From the NCBI GenBank assembly GCA_039621445.1, contig CP154954.1:3043715-3107714 (forward strand): a stretch of 64,000 nt of DNA, in the 5' to 3' direction. The translations under genes and the position numbers were made by a program. A model generated the notes under the pieces. The model had not been told where the DNA came from, searched no databases, and worked only from the letters and a program-made list of their open reading frames with translations. Source of the stretch: Euglena gracilis. Lineage: Eukaryota. The first letter of the stretch is position 1; the number at the start of each line of letters is the position of its first letter. Below, in pieces: positions 23,133 to 37,697 of the stretch.

Positions 23133-25730
23133 ATGGCCGCCCCGTTCAGCCTCTTGCAGCAGCTCCCCGGCAAGTCCGACCTGTGGCTGCAGCTGCGCGG
23201 CTCCGAAGCGGCTCGGACTGCGCCCAGACCACATCACGCGGTAGACCCTGAAGATCGTTGCCTGCCACCTTGTGAAGTTGCCTTCATCCCCTGGCCTCAT
23301 ATCCAATCTTGACCATGCACATGGGGGGAAGAGACCCGGTTTTGTGATATTGATTGGAGAGGCACGGGAACTTTTGTCGGACCCCGGTGTGTCCAGCCAG
23401 CCAGCCAGCGTCTTTTCCCAGCCTCGGACCCCGTCCCCTGCATAGCCCGGTTTTAATCTCTGTCCAGCCCCCGAAGGGCGGCTGCAGTGTAGTGTATTTT
23501 TTCTTCAAATGCAAAGTGCATGGGTCAAAACGGGGAAACGGGGGAAGAATCGGTCGGATATGGCCTGCCTAGCTCAAAAATTGGTCAAAATCGATTTCTT
23601 TTACATGATTTGCAGATGGCTTTTTTCCCTTCAGTTTCGATATTCTTCTAATGCCTGGCTCAACCCCACAACAAGCCAATTCCATCCGGGAGACTCTACG
23701 GCAGAGGGGTTGGTAGCAACATTTCGCTGACCGACATTGTGGCCTGCCCCCGCTCTCCGTCTTGCAGGCTCATCATACTCTCGTCGTGGCAGGAGGCATT
23801 GCTGGCTGACAAATTTGCAAGGGTGGACGGACCCATGAGCGCCAGCGGGAATGCTTTTGAATCGGTCACACCAGCGAATGATAAAACTGGCAGTAGTTGC
23901 CACGTTCTCACATGCATTGACGACGTCAAGAGCCACTCTTTTCAGCCACACGTGTGTGCCGTATGATCCAAAAAAGTTAGTCGATTATTTTGGGAAAGCG
24001 GCCGAAACCGATGAGGTATTTGGGCAATGGGAGGGTGCGTGCTGTCCACAGTCCCCGTGTTTTGGCTGTGGGGTGGCAGCAGAGAGATTCACCCTACCTG
24101 AGATGGAGGGCAGGTTGCTTTCAATTCAGCGGGCTTTCCGGCCACCTAATATTTAGTGGTTCAGACCAGCGCTGCGCAGGCAAGACTGAAAACTGGTCGT
24201 ATGGTCATGGTCATAACACTCTGTCCATCCTCTTACGGTTCCAGGAGTTTACCAGACGCCCACCCTGTTGTAGGTAAAGCCCTGCTTTCAGGCATTATTT
24301 TTTTAAGTCAAATAACTTGAAACATTTCCAAGGTTTTAAAGTAGGCATTTTGCAGGGTTGCTTTAGTTTTTTTTTCCTTCGGATTTTCTTTCTTTGGGTT
24401 TTTCGGTGTTTTATTCCCAGGATATTTTTTAGGGGCCGCCTGGGCATCAAACGGCGTCCAAAATTACTAAGGTGAAACCCGTTTTCCTCAGTTAGAGTGG
24501 TGCCATAAATTGTTTTTTCCCGGAGTTGGTTTGCTTTTTTGTTTTTGCAACATCATTTTTGCTCGTTCAGAAACAAGCTTTGCCAGAATGATTTCTAAGA
24601 GTTTTTTTTTTTTAGAGTTTTAAGGCTTTTTTTCAAAATTTTGGCCATTTTTCTGGTTTTTTAAGGTTTCCCCAGCACTGCTCCCAAGTCCCGACCCGTC
24701 CAAACCTGGGGGCCCTCTCCCCCCTCGTCGTTCCCCCAAGTCCCCCTACGGCTCCCAGTCCTCTCCTCCGCTGCCGTGGAGCACCATTGGCGGCCTCGAT
24801 ATCAGCCTGCGAGGCCGGATTCCCATGTGATTTTTTGTAAGTTTTGCCTGACATTGGCAGACGTGGATAATTGAACATTGGACAGAGATTCTATTTTGGA
24901 ACGTTCCAACATTGCTGTGCCTGGGGGGTCGGTAGCTGCGTTACGCTACAGGCCCGCGCCTTTGGAGGACAGGGCTGCTAGCTCCCTGCCCGCCCCCGAA
25001 CCCCTGGCCCCCGGGGTGCTGGACTGCTGCCCCCCGCACTGCGGGCTGCGGCTCGCCGGGGCTCCCCGGGCTGCCTGGGCGGCGGGCCCGTCGGCGCCGC
25101 TCACCCGCCCGTCCCCGCACCGTGCTGCCGGATGTGGGGACGTGCAGGGTTGCTTATGCCTGCCCTCCCCCTCCTGATTCCTTTTTTTTGGTCTGTTGGT
25201 TTGGGGAAACCGATTAACCCCTTTTGGCAGGGCGTCTGGTTTCTGGCGTCTGCATTTCTCTTGACGTTGCTCTCTGTGGTTTTGTTTTGGGGGGGAGTTT
25301 GTATTTTTGCCCCCAAGACCTGATTTGTCCAGCGTACCTCCCGAGTGAGTGCTTGCCACCAAGCACCTATGAAATGACCGGGCGTGAGCGGGCATGACTG
25401 GGTCTGCGATTCTGGATGACTGTGGGTGCTTGCCTGCTACTCATTCCAGCCAAGCAACTGCACGGGTGGGACTGGCTCGCCGGCAGAGCATGGCATTGCC
25501 ATCGCTGCGGCTGACGTGCCGCTCTCCCACACACTCCTGCGGCCCGAGGTACATGGCGGCCAGGCAGATCCTCTGACAGACGGGCGACTGATGCTGCGGT
25601 GAGGGTCTGCCTGCCTCTGATCCCCCTCTGATGGGTCCCAGCCTACCTCCCCCCATGTCGCCCAGGAAGGTGGCAGCCCACCACCACATGGTGCACAATC
25701 CGTACTCCTTTGACGGTCCTTTGGCAATGT
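23133..25730 (+). CDS. Probable multi-exon host gene for a low-complexity protein with an HNPY motif; exon structure unresolved
   Basis: GC3-rich patches at 23133-23215 (MAAPFSLLQQLPGKSDLWLQLRG), ~24770-24825, ~24945-25130, ~25470-25598 and 25642-25720 (…KVAAHHHMVHNPYSFDG). Possible 43-nt GT-AG intron at 25599-25641. Confidence 0.4.
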
Positions 25731-27919
25731 TCAGTTTGCAGTGCAGCAGTGTGTGTGTGTGTGTGTGTGGGTATTCACTTTTCGTCCAACTCCCAGAGTA
25801 CAAACCCCCCTCCCAAATAACCTGGCGGGGCCCTTGCTCCTGTCAGTGGCCGAATAGCTTGGCGGGGGGGGGGCAGACAAAAAAGATGGTTCCAGCAACT
25901 TGGAACCCCTTTTTAAGGCAAAATTCCTTTTCGATGCTGAAAAAAGGGCCGAAATAACCTGGCAGGGGGCAGAGCCAAAAGCTGGTTCCAATAGCCTGGC
26001 AGGCTATTTGGGGTGTTTAAACGAGGCTCATTTCGTGATCTACCATTTCAATCATTGTTCTGTTGATTTTATCGGATTTTCCATGAAGATTTCCTAGAAT
26101 TGCATACTTCTGCCCCCCCCCCATTTCAAATACGCTCCCCTTTTTTTGTTTGTTCTCCAAATTTTAGGGCCAATAGTCCTTCCTCGTTTCCGAACCTGAC
26201 CCCTGGCCCCAGGACCCTTGCGATGGCCCTCAATTTGTGGTCCAAGCGACCTCATGATCGACTCTAAAGACCGACAACCCGTGTAAACCCGTGTACGGAC
26301 TTTCCCGTCCCCTCGCTACCTCTTTTGTACACCTGCGAACTTGGACAGCCACCACCTTGTGTCCCGCGGTAGCTTCTGCAGAGCTGATTGGAGTTATTGT
26401 CCTTCCGTTTCAGATGGAATTTTCAGCCCCTCTCCGAGAAAATGAGTTCTCCAATGTTTGGGGTCAGTTTAGATGCCAATTCGCATTTTCGTTGTTTTAA
26501 CCAAAAAATGTCAGCTTTGGCTGCTTTGGGGAGTGTTTTGGGGGGTGGGGGGGTGATTTTTTTAATGGTGGCATGGAAAATTTTTGATGGTGGAATAGAA
26601 ATCTTTGATGGTGGATTGATATTTTTTTATTGTGGCATTTGTTTTGCCCCCCTTTTGTTTTCAGGGGCCTCTGTTCTCAATGTTGATTCGATAATTGGTT
26701 TGCCCCTAGCCTTCATTGTGCTGGCCAAGCGGTAGGGATAATATGAATGAGCTAAACGCCCTAACGCCCTAAGGGTTCAGTGGGCACACGATGAGTGGAT
26801 AGTGACCTACACCGACCTATCGCGACATTTGGGAATTAGAATTGGACTCTGCTGCCTCTTCGTCTGGTAACCTCGTTGTTTTTGGGGGGTCGAGCTTTGC
26901 ATTTTTCTGCTAAAAATTGGCAGGGGGTTTGGGGTGGGGTCGCAGGATGGTTGCTGCCGCCGAGTCCACGCCACACGCATGCTGTGCTTGTGGTGAAGAG
27001 GCAGCGTCCCACTGCGTGCAACCCAGTCTGGGGTGTGATGAGGGCTTTGGGGATCTACCCACCCCATAACAACCTCATCAATAATTCCCCCCACCTCTGG
27101 TAAAGAAACAGAGGGCATCCGAGGAAGTTCACGAACCTTCAAAATCCCAAGGGACTGAAGTTTTTTTTTATATAATTTCTATTCAATGCGATTCGATTTT
27201 GACGAACTTTGTTAAAAGTACCATTCATCGGCTTTATTTGGGTGTTTGGGGCAACAATTCGAGAAATATTTCCGAACCTACAATCCCCCCTTCAATCCAA
27301 CAAAATCCTACTAATTCGTGGGTGTGTAAGGGCGGGGATCAACCAACTGGCAGCGCAGCATTCTCTTCCCCCTTGGATCGCAAACTGGGTCGCGGATTCT
27401 TTGATTTACAGGACTTTTTTGGCCCCATTCGCCCAATCCGGAACCCAGGACTGAGAAAGGGGGCAGCATCCCTTCCAGCCCAAACTTGCAACGCTCTGGC
27501 CAAGACCCCTGCCGGTGGGGTTGTTGTGCGACTCCCGGAGAACAGACAAGCAGAGAGACAGACCTACAGACAGGCAGCAAGGAGGGATGTCCTGTGCATT
27601 TTAACATTTTTTTTGTATTTTGTGCAAAAAAAATCACAAACGTGCATTTCAGTGTTTTTTGAGTAATTTTCACATTTTTTGATCTTTTTAATTTTTCTTT
27701 CACAGTTGACATTTCATCTTTTGCATTCGCTTGCAATTATTCTGATCGCTTGCAATTTTCTCTCGCTTGTTCAATTTTTTTCTGGGGTTAATTTTTTGCA
27801 CGATTTTTAAAATTTTCTTTCGAAGCATACTGCAGTTTTTTTCAATGTTTTTGAGCCTGTTGAATGGTCCTAGTGAATTTCTAACCTTCATACACACAGC
27901 TGCAGCCCGACCAACCTGT

Positions 27920-28000
27920 AAACAGATAGACAAACAAGCAAGGAAGCAAACAAACAAACAAACAAACAGACAGAAAAACAAACAAGCAAGCAACAGATAA

Positions 28001-28059
<59 letters not shown>

Positions 28060-28070
28060 GGCAGACAGGC

Positions 28071-28110
<40 letters not shown>

Positions 28111-28197
28111 GAGCAAGCAAGTAAGCAAACAAGCAAACAAACAAACAAACAAACAAACAAACAAACAAACAAACAAACAAACAAACAAACAAACAAG
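27920..28197. repeat. (AAAC)n/(AGAC)n microsatellite
   Basis: Direct inspection. Confidence 0.95.
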
Positions 28198-29728
28198 TTA
28201 ACATGCAGAGAAAGGTATTTGTTCAAACACTTAAGAATATTAATGCTAACTTGTCCAAGGCAATGCAATGAGGAATCGACCGGGGATATCAACAAAAATA
28301 AGAACATTTGAATGAAAAAGCATTGAATTTCGACATTAAAGAGTACCTTGATAACAAGTGCAGCCTCGCCCTGCCCTGTACTTGACAGGGCGGAAAAGGC
28401 ACCAAGTTTTTCATTCATTTGCTGTTTTTTTTGCAGTTTTTCATTCATCCACAAGTTTCAAATGTTTCCTTGTCCGCAGGGTGAGGGATGTGGTGTATTG
28501 CATTTCGTTTTCCTAGTTTCGGAATTGTTAGAAAATTTTGTCGCCAAATAACAATTATTTGTTGGTCTTCCCACATGTTTGTGCATGGGAGCTCTTCAGA
28601 CACAGAAGCCACACCAACGTATGGTCAACTGCAATTTTAGTGTGGACACGTCAAAGGACCTGACCTTGTTTTCATTGGTATGGCTTCTTTGTCTGCCAGA
28701 ATGATGTGTCGTCGTCTAACTCTGTGATCACATTGCAGGATGATTTATTTCCTGGTGAATGGCCTATCCCGACTTTTCAGGAAGTTCACACCCTCTTTTG
28801 ACCCCCGCTCATTTCCCCCTCCTATGGGGATGCAGCGTCGCATTACACTTCGCCCAGTGGGATGCTGCTGTGTTATGTCCAGTCTCTCTCCGACCCGCGG
28901 CTCATTGCACCGGCTTCTTGCAATGGGCCTTGCTATACGATATCCTCTCCTGCAGAGCAGAGAACGGCAGGTGGGCAACCCAGCACGCCATTGGGCTCTC
29001 CTGCCCTGAAGCCAGACCTGACTGGGAACGAGCTACGGAATGGCGGCAGCGGTAGCAGAAGTGGACCCACTCACAATTTCCTCCAGATGCTGTCGAACCT
29101 GTCAGTGGTTTCTCTGCCAACGACTCCTTTGCCTCTTCTCAGCGTGATAACTCAGGGAGTCGAAAACTTCACGGTTTCTGTGTAATGCCATCCTAAAGTC
29201 GATGATACTTTTCTCAAAACAAGAAGCTCTGTTTTCCCCATTCAATTTTGTGTCTTAGCCCTAATCCTCCCACCTGGCATGAAATCGTCATAGTCATAAT
29301 CATCAGGACTCAGCAATCATTTTGTTTGACACTTTTTGTCTTTTTGTTTGACACGTTTTGTTTGTTGTGTCACTGAAATTATTTGCTGTCTTTTAAAGAA
29401 AGTACCCCCCTTTCCCTGTGTGATGAACAGCCAAGGCCATGTGTCAAACAGGGATCATTTTTTAAGGAAAAATTCCCCAAAAACTTCTTCCGGAATCCTT
29501 CCGGAAACTAACTTCTTCCGGAATCCAAAAAAAAAGAGAGTCCACAGCAGTCCGGCCATGACCCTGATCCTATCTGAAGGATCACGACTTTCCCCGAAAG
29601 TGGGGCCCAGGTGGAACCACATGGTATCCCCCCGCTGGATGAACCATTTGTCCGTATGAACAGATGCTGTCAACTTTAATCCCCCATGTTTATATTCAGG
29701 CAGCATTTCAAGACCCCCAGGTGTTTGC

Positions 29729-29970
29729 AACCCCCCCCCCTAATAGAAGCACGGGTGCGCTTATAGGGGACCGCCGCCTCCAGCGGGGGGGGGGGGGGGT
29801 GCGCTTCTATTTGGACCCTACCTGCGCGGTTTTCGTTGATTTCCTTTAGAAATCCCATCAAAATGGGGGGTGCGCTTGTAGCGGACCGCCGCCTTCGGCG
29901 GCGGGGGGTGCACTTTTATTTGGACCCTGCGCTTGTAGCGGCCCCGTGCTTCTATTAGGGGGGGGGGTTA
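29729..29970. mobile_element. MITE with AACCCCCC-TAATAGAAGCACGGG TIRs
   Basis: About 27-bp inverted termini. Related copy at 33829-34205. Confidence 0.7.
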
Positions 29971-30401
29971 TGTCTGTGTTGAAAAAATGAACTCTTGGGA
30001 TAAAGAAGGTTGTGCTTGTTTTTCAATACGGGTTGGTGGTCGAATCCACCAACTTTTCAGCGACATTCATGACTCTGCCCCCCCCCCCCCCCGGGAGGCG
30101 TACAATTCGTCCCTGCCACGATGGAGCCAAGGGGTGCTTGGTAAAGAAAACCTTCTCTCCCAAGGCTTTCCAGTCTTGTCTGTTGCCCCTTCCTCTGCTG
30201 GGTCAGCCCAACGGCTCCTGCTGAGGCTTAGGCTCAGGTTGTCTGCCGAGCTGCCCCGCCCCGCAGTTTGCTGTTTGCTTCACTGACTGGCTCACCCGGA
30301 GAAGGAGGTGGCTGACTGATATTTTCCTTGTTGTGCAAGCTGGAGGGGAACGTGTGGTAGCTTCCGTCGGGGTTGCTCACCCTGACAAGTTTGGTTCAAA
30401 C

Positions 30402-30703
30402 CAGGCTTGTGCTTAGTCGGGTGCCTACCCCACGGGGGGGGGGGGGGCTAGGGGCAGGCACCCCATATCACCCGATCCGACCCCCCCCCCGGGGGTGGGG
30501 TTTTGGGGGGTGCCTGCCCCCAGCAGGCACCCCCCTCCGACCCCAGCGCCTTTGGCGCCGGGGGCCCGGAAAATGAAAATGAAAATTCAATGAAAATTTT
30601 CTGGGTCCCCCCCGGACCCCCCCCTGGGGGTGTGCCTGCTAGGGGCAGGCACCCTAGAGCATCCACCCCCCCCCTCCCCCCCGGTTTGGTAAGCACAAGC
30701 ATG
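30402..30703. mobile_element. hAT-like MITE
   Basis: CAGGCTTGTGCTTA ... TAAGCACAAGCATG (13/14 inverted match). Flanks GTTCAAAC / GTTCATTT are a partial TSD. Confidence 0.55.
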
Positions 30704-31389
30704 GTTCATTTTTTATGCCACAAGTGTGGAGCTCCGCTGTGCTTTTCACCCAGACCCAAGGCCCAAACTTCAAGGGAAAAAGTTCAAGCCCATGGTAAGG
30801 ATAAGGATGATTGATAGGGAGAAAGGAAATGGCTTCACAAATTAGCACACAGACGTTGTTTTTCATGCGGAACAGCCAGTCTCACGCTAGGGCCCGGGTG
30901 TATGGGTCGGGCTGAAAGTGTCTGATGCAAAGCACCGTTGATGGGCCTATAAAGGTTTCACAACGTCTTTTTCTCAGGCAACCCTGGTAAAAAATATCCT
31001 CGAATTTCCAGAAATGATGAACAGTGGGGTTTGAGCACCTTTTCGGTTGATCTGTTTCACGACCCCCCGGGGGGTACGGGAGTGCCCAGAACCCTATGGG
31101 TGGTGGGGTCGACACCCCCCCCCCACCACCGGTGCATATGTCGCTGGAATCCCAAAAAGGTTCTGTTCCGGGCAAATTTTTTGTGGTAGGACCCGGGGGG
31201 TAGTCCCTGCCTGGAAATGCACCCGGAACTCCGATGTCCCCTTCCTCACCCCGGGGTGGTCAAATCCAGCCTCCTGGCAACAATGTGTGGCACAGAGGCG
31301 CCCATCTGCTGCCACGCTTTTCTTTTCCAGCTTTGCAGCTTGCGATAGCAATAAAAAAAAAAGAGCAATGAGGAACAGGAGGCAAAAAT

Positions 31390-31857
31390 AGAAGGAAAAG
31401 AAACAAAGGAAGAAAGAAAGAAGGAAGGAAAGAAAGAAAGAAAGAAAGAAAAAGAAAGAAGAAAGAAAGAAAAAGAAAGAAAGAAAGAAAAGAAGAGGAA
31501 GAGGAAGAAAAGGACGACGACGAGGACGACGACGACGACGACGACGACGGACGACGACTACGACGACGACGAAGACGACGGACGACGACGACGACGGACG
31601 ACGACGACGACTACGACGAGACGAAGAAGAAGAAGAAGAAGAATAAGAAGATAAGAAGAACGAGAAGAAGAAGAAGAAGAAGAAGAGAAGAAGAAGAAGA
31701 AGAATAAGAAGAATAAGAAGAAGAATAATAAGAAGAAGAAGAAGAACGAGAATAATAAAGATAATAATAAGAATAAGAAGAATAATAAGAATAATAATAA
31801 TAATAATAATAAGAATAAGAATAATAATAATAAGAATAAGAAGAATAATAATAATAA

Positions 31858-31899
<42 letters not shown>

Positions 31900-31960
31900 A
31901 ATAGAATAATAATATAAGAATAATAATAATAATAATAATACAATAAAATAATAATAAACT
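31390..31960. repeat. Compound (GAAA)n-(GAC)n-(GAA/TAA)n microsatellite
   Basis: Direct inspection. Confidence 0.95.
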
Positions 31961-33828
31961 ATCCTACACTAAAATCCTCTCATCAGCAAGAAAATAAATA
32001 AATGATAACAATACCCTGCTCCCCCAATAATAAAAATAAGATAAACATAGAGGCGCCGCATACATCCAGTAGCTTCCGGGTTCTTTTTTGGGCCGGCACC
32101 CCCGTGTGTCAAACCTCCCTCACCACACCCCGGTCAGGCACCCACCTGCCCAATGCTCTGAGTGTGTCCTCCGCAGCCGAAGCCCAGTGGCCCCTGGTTC
32201 GGTTCAAGCGGTGCGGGGTTCCTGCCTTGCGGGCACTTCGCAGCCCTCTGACCTCTGGCTTGCCTCCTGGGGTGTTGGATGCCAGGACCCGGCCTTGGTT
32301 GGTGTTGAAACTCCATCTTTGCAGTGTCCTTTCGTGGCTTTCCCCCCTCCCAGCCTTCCCGCCCAACCCTGGGGAAGGAAGCTGCCGAACAGCCCCTCCA
32401 ACCTGAGTTTCAGGTCTGCTGCTGCCATTCCGACAAAATTTGTGTGCTGCCTTTCCATATCAGCCCATCAATGCACTGTGGGACTGTTTGGGTAGCTGGG
32501 GTGGCGGGTGGGTTCTGGTGTTCACACACTCCTCAGGGTTGAGGATAAAACGTCCCCAGATTACTCGGGTGCAGATTTTCTTTGGTGCCCTTGGTCACGC
32601 AGTTGGGCCACTTGGTCATTTGCACTCGGCCAACTCATGCATAAAAAAAAAATGAACAGAACGGCTGAACGACTCAACTGGTCAAAAAAATGTGGTTTTC
32701 TGGGCGAAATTCCCCCTCTTGTGGATGGCACCCGAGGGGTTTCCAATGCCCTTGCTGCAGCAAGGGTGATGCAATGACTCTGTATTTTCCCCTCGTCTCG
32801 ACAGGAGACAGCGCGGGGTTCTCATGAATTTTGTTCCCATGGCCAGGCTCGAGACTGGACGGGGGAGGGAACTGCCTTCCTTTTATTTTGAAGGTTGTTT
32901 TGGCTCTGTCTGGCATATGCCCACAATGATAAGCCCTCTCCCGCGGCGGCCTCGGAGTGAAAATTATTTGATATTTACTTTCTGAAGTTGTGTCGCCCGA
33001 ATCCCGTAAATAATGAACCTCTTGTGATGGTCTCATGCGGTGGTCTTTTCTGCCACGACACAGCCGGCTTTCTGGTCCGCTCCGGCAAGTCCGGCGTCCC
33101 CCGCCTCATCGGGCGGAGAGAAATTTGGTAAAGTCCCCCAACTCTTACCTTAATTTCTTCACACTTGTTGATTTCTTTTTTTTATTCTTTTCAATTTTTT
33201 AATTTAATTTTCGACCACTGTCAATTCCTTGACACCCTCCTATGAAGGATCCATCCTAAATTGATCAAAAATGGTTGGAAACTGGTCTTGATGGCCAGAG
33301 AATGCATGGATGTCGGCAAATGTTGGCATTTTGATGGAAAACAGCCTTCATTTGTTCGATTCTTTCAATGAAGCGTAAGTATAAAACTGATCGACACGTG
33401 GCAAAAGAGTGCAAAAAATAGTTGATTATTAATCTTTAGCAAAAATAATCATCCAGAATAGAAAATTCATCAAACTATTTTTTCCACAATCTTTTTCATC
33501 AACTTTTAGTCTTCTCTAATTTTCTAAGTGACCAGCTGCTGCTCCCCCCAGAGTTGCTCATTTTTTTCTCTGCACGATTTACCCTCCCTCCAGGTTTAAA
33601 AACCCTGGAAACGATCTAAATATCTCACATTTTTGAACTCATAGATAGAGAGAACCTTCCCTTTGTTGCTCTGTTGTAAAGGTAATTTATGATGACAAAA
33701 ATCATTTCTCAATGGGACAAGGCCAGTAGCACAGGCTGATGCATATACCTGCCCCCCCCCTCCCCGGAAACTGTCCTCTACCCCCATACACGCTGATCTG
33801 CCCTTTTAGGGACCTGTTTCCACCTGTG

Positions 33829-34205
33829 TAACCCCCCCTAATAGTAGGGCGTGCCCTGTACAAGAGCAGGGTCCAAATAGTAGAGCACCCCCCCTCTGGC
33901 GAAGCGAGCGTCCACTACAAGAGCATCCCCCTGGAAAACCAATGGAAGCAGAAGCGAGGCAAGTCATTCCATGTGATTGTGAAAAGGTTTGTAACTTGCC
34001 TCAAAAAGACAAGCTTCCCAGAGCTCAGCGGCTGAACAATTCCCCCAACGTCGGCTGCCGTTGGCACTTGGTTGCCGGTTTAGGTGGAGGAAGGGAGGCT
34101 GTAGGAAAATGTGTGTGATGTCCACTACAAGAAGAAGAGCACCCCTCCTCTGGCGAAGCGAGCGTCCACTACAAGCGCACCCGCTCTACAATTAGGGGGG
34201 GTTTA
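33829..34205. mobile_element. TA-flanked MITE related to 29729-29970
   Basis: TA-ACCCCCCCTAATAGTAG ... CTACAATTAGGGGGGGTT-TA, with an internal duplication of CTCTGGCGAAGCGAGCGTCCACTACAAG. Confidence 0.6.
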
Positions 34206-35615
34206 CCTCTCTCTGTATCTGTGTACCTGTGTCTCTCACCTGACTTGTCTGGAGACGTTTTCCCAGAGGTTGTTGGTTTGTTTTTTTTTTCCCCGGCAAA
34301 TATGAGGCAGGACAACCCTGTGCTGCAACTGCCACCCATGTGGGCCTGGACCCCTCCGCCCACCCCAGCCATTGGCTTGTTTGCACCATCAGCGGCTTGT
34401 TCTATGGATGGGTGGCACGTCCACCCTCCCAGGCCAGTTGGACTTGCTGACAGCCCCAGCCATTCCTCACATCCAAGGCGATACTGGAGAGGCAAGGAGA
34501 CACCGGAGGGGGAAAAACGTCGAATGGGATTTTTTTTTGCGGGAAACATTCTGGGTGGGTTTGGGCCTGGGAAAAACTGCTCCCCCCGGTCGGGTCCAGC
34601 CCGGCCGGAGGCCGGGCCAGGCGGCCGGAGGCCGGGCCAGGCGGCCGCAGGCTGGCCAGCCAGCTGGGCTGCCCAGCTCACCTATCCATGCTTGTTTTCC
34701 CCTCATCACAGCTTCCTCCATCACAGCCCCCCGCCCTTGATCTAGCTCCATCCATCAAAATGTCGAAAATGGAAAAAATGTTTTAGAAAATTTTGGTTTT
34801 CATCGACCCAGCCCAGCCCAGCCCCCTCCAGCCCCGGACCCCCCCTCCCCCCCCCTCCCCCCAGGGGGGTCCAGCCAGCAGCCTTTTTGCCAGCCGGAGG
34901 CTGGGCCCTCCCCTGGGGGGGGGTCCTTAAGAAATTCCCTAATCTCAACCTAGCTGTATTTGGACTGTTTTTTTTTTTTGCTGCTTTCGGGCTCCAGTTA
35001 AGTCCAACACCCCCGCCCCCCCAGACCCACCAGCGCCATTTTTCAAAGCACCCCACCATGCCAAACACCAATTCCAAACACCTGCCTTTGAAAGCCTGCC
35101 CCACATGGGTCGCGCAGGGGTTCAGTGAATCTGTGCCAGTTCCCCATCTGGATGGCGGTCGATGGGAATGAGAATGGCTGACGCTTGCCGTGGCGGCACT
35201 CCAAACCGGATCACTGACAACTCCCCCCTCCCCCCGCCCCCACCGCCCCCGCCCCGGTAGCCGCTACTGCTGCTGGTTGCCCCTTTCCGTTTGACTGAAA
35301 AGGCGGGCCAGCACCAAAGCAGTGGCTTTGGCCGGGTGCTTCCTTTGGTCCCCCCGTTGCACACCGTCCACCTATATACCCATCAACCTTGGTTGGGCTT
35401 GCAGGTGAGGGAGTGCCTCTGAGCCCCCCCCCCCCCTCCCCCATGTCGCAGGTTGTAGGAAACCGTTGTTGGGCAAGGGGGGGGGGCAGATAAGCAGGGG
35501 GAGACAGCCCTAAGGTGACAGGTCTGCATCCCTGCTGATACCGTCACTGCACGGTTCAGGATTTGCCATAATTCATAACGTTTGTGTTAGAAATAGGTTT
35601 CAGCCCCCCCAACAT

Positions 35616-36200
35616 CTTAGGTGGTAGATCTCGCGCTTAACCCCCCCCCCGAATGCAAAGCCCCCTCTGAGGGTCTTGAAATCTGACCCAAATACAAAGC
35701 CGGGGGAGGGGGCTTTATATTTGTAGGGTTTATGCCTTCGTGTTCCCGTGCACATTTGCGCAAAGGAAAGTGTTTTTTTTATTTCAAGGGAGTTAGGCTT
35801 CTGAATTGCCGGTTGCATGGCGGCCTGTGCAGTTCCACAGTTTTCGGGGTGAAACCTGGGAAAGGGCGGAATATGGTGTTTTTTTCCCTCAAAATACGTT
35901 GTGGATTTTTGAACCCCTGTGTGGAAGCTAACTCCTGGAGAAGGTTTCTCGTAGATGAAAAGGACAAAGAGCACAGATGGGCTTCCACCAGTTTGTTGAG
36001 CTGTGTGGCAGGTTTGCCACATCACCCCACTTAAGTTGAGACTCTGTAACACCCATCCTTTGTGCAAATTCTCAAAGGAACCTTCTCTGTTCTTTTTGCA
36101 CAATTTCACAACTGAACCACCTCAAATCAACCAACAGCCTCCTAAGTCGACCTGTTTGGATCTGGAGAATAAATGTTGTGCAGTTCGCAATTACGCAAAG
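35616..36200. mobile_element. Highly decayed end of the CTTAGG-TIR family
   Basis: CTTAGGTGGTAGATCTCGCGCTTAAC matches the TIR at about 19/26. Palindrome-like sites near 35748 and 36184. Confidence 0.45.
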
Positions 36201-37697
36201 GAACGATTCAAAATGGTGCATGATTTTTCATGTGGTTTATTTGACAAGCGTCCCAAAGTTAATTTCATTTTTCAAGGCCTTGACAACGAAGAATTCTGAG
36301 ACAGGAGGATAGTGGAAATAGAATCCACGAACTCGAGTGTTTGTGCAGCATGTCTTAGTTGGTCAAAGAACCACGTCAGAGTGTTGCATTATACCTGCCC
36401 CAGGGTTTGATATAAGGAGGGCGTACATGGTTTAGGTGGTACATGGTTTAAATTAACCCCCCCAAAAGGGTTAATTTTTTCCTCCGGCGCTTTGCGCCGA
36501 AATTTTTTTGCATTTTTGGCACATTTTTGCCCAAAAAGTGCCCAAAATGACACTTTTGGTCGTTTTGGGGGGTCAAAAATTTTCGGCCCCGCTTCACGCC
36601 GGGCCGAAATTCGGTAACCCAGACCGCGCACCTGTTTAGGTGGGGGGGGGGGGTGGGTGTCCCCCCCCACCCCCCTCCTGGCCCACAGGGGGGGGGGGGG
36701 TCCGGACCCCCCACCTGTCCTTATATCGAACCCTGACCTACCCCCCACCCTGGGAAATTATCATGCCCGAGAACCGGTCTGGGTCCCGCCAAGGAAATTG
36801 TCAGGGTAATTGTCACCGGCCCCTGGTACCGTCGAACCTGTCAGGGCCAATTTCATTTATTTTCCCTTGAAATTCTTTGCCCAGGAAAATGTCTGGGTCC
36901 CCCCGGGAAACTGTCAGGGTCCTTGGTACCAGCCAACCTGTCATGACAGGAAGTTGTCCAGGGTCCCCGGTACTGGCCAACCTGTCAGGTGACAGCTTGG
37001 TGGGTATACCCCCCCCCCCGAATGCGGACGTTTTTAAGTCATGAACACACCCACTCGATGGTTTCCCCCACGACCCAACGCCGTCATGAAGTTCAAATGT
37101 GCCATAAAGACATGCCATTAGGACATTGGGACATGCCCGGGGCATGTCCTCATGGTGTCAGTGCTGAATGCAAGTTGATTTGTTTTTGTGAGTGTGGCTA
37201 ATTGTTTTTTTATATTTATTTCTTGTTTGGTTTTTCATTTCGAACCCCATGTGGATTGAACAAAAAAAACTTCCCAGTTTCAATCGAATACAAATTGCTT
37301 TGAACTTTTCTGTAGTTTCACACCAGCGCAGTGAGGCTCGCTACAAAATTCTGTGCTTCCTGTTGTTGAAAGCCTCTTTTCACAAGGACAATTTAGGGGG
37401 AGCCCAAGCTCAGCGCAATAAGGGACGGGAAGTTTTTTCCCCTTAAGGGCCCCGGCCGATCCGGGGATTGAACGGGGTCAAAAATAAGAAAAAGTCGAAA
37501 AACACATTTTTTGACATTTTGGGTGCCAGAAATCACTTTTTTCCCTGAAGTCGACCCATTTTTGCCAAAATATGGCCATTTTTTTCGTTCCTTTTTCCTA
37601 CGATTTTTTCATTGAATGTGCTGGGATGGGAAGTCTTTTTTTTCGTCAAAGACCGCCCTTGCTCGGGGACAGTGGCGCCTTTGGCGTCGCGGTCGCA

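Noticed and set aside
23640-29200. Coding-like patches at 23640-24280 and 28740-29200 (also 40800-41200, 60350-60650, 62900-63420)
   Set aside because: Multiple stops and no recognisable motifs; possibly old transposon debris.
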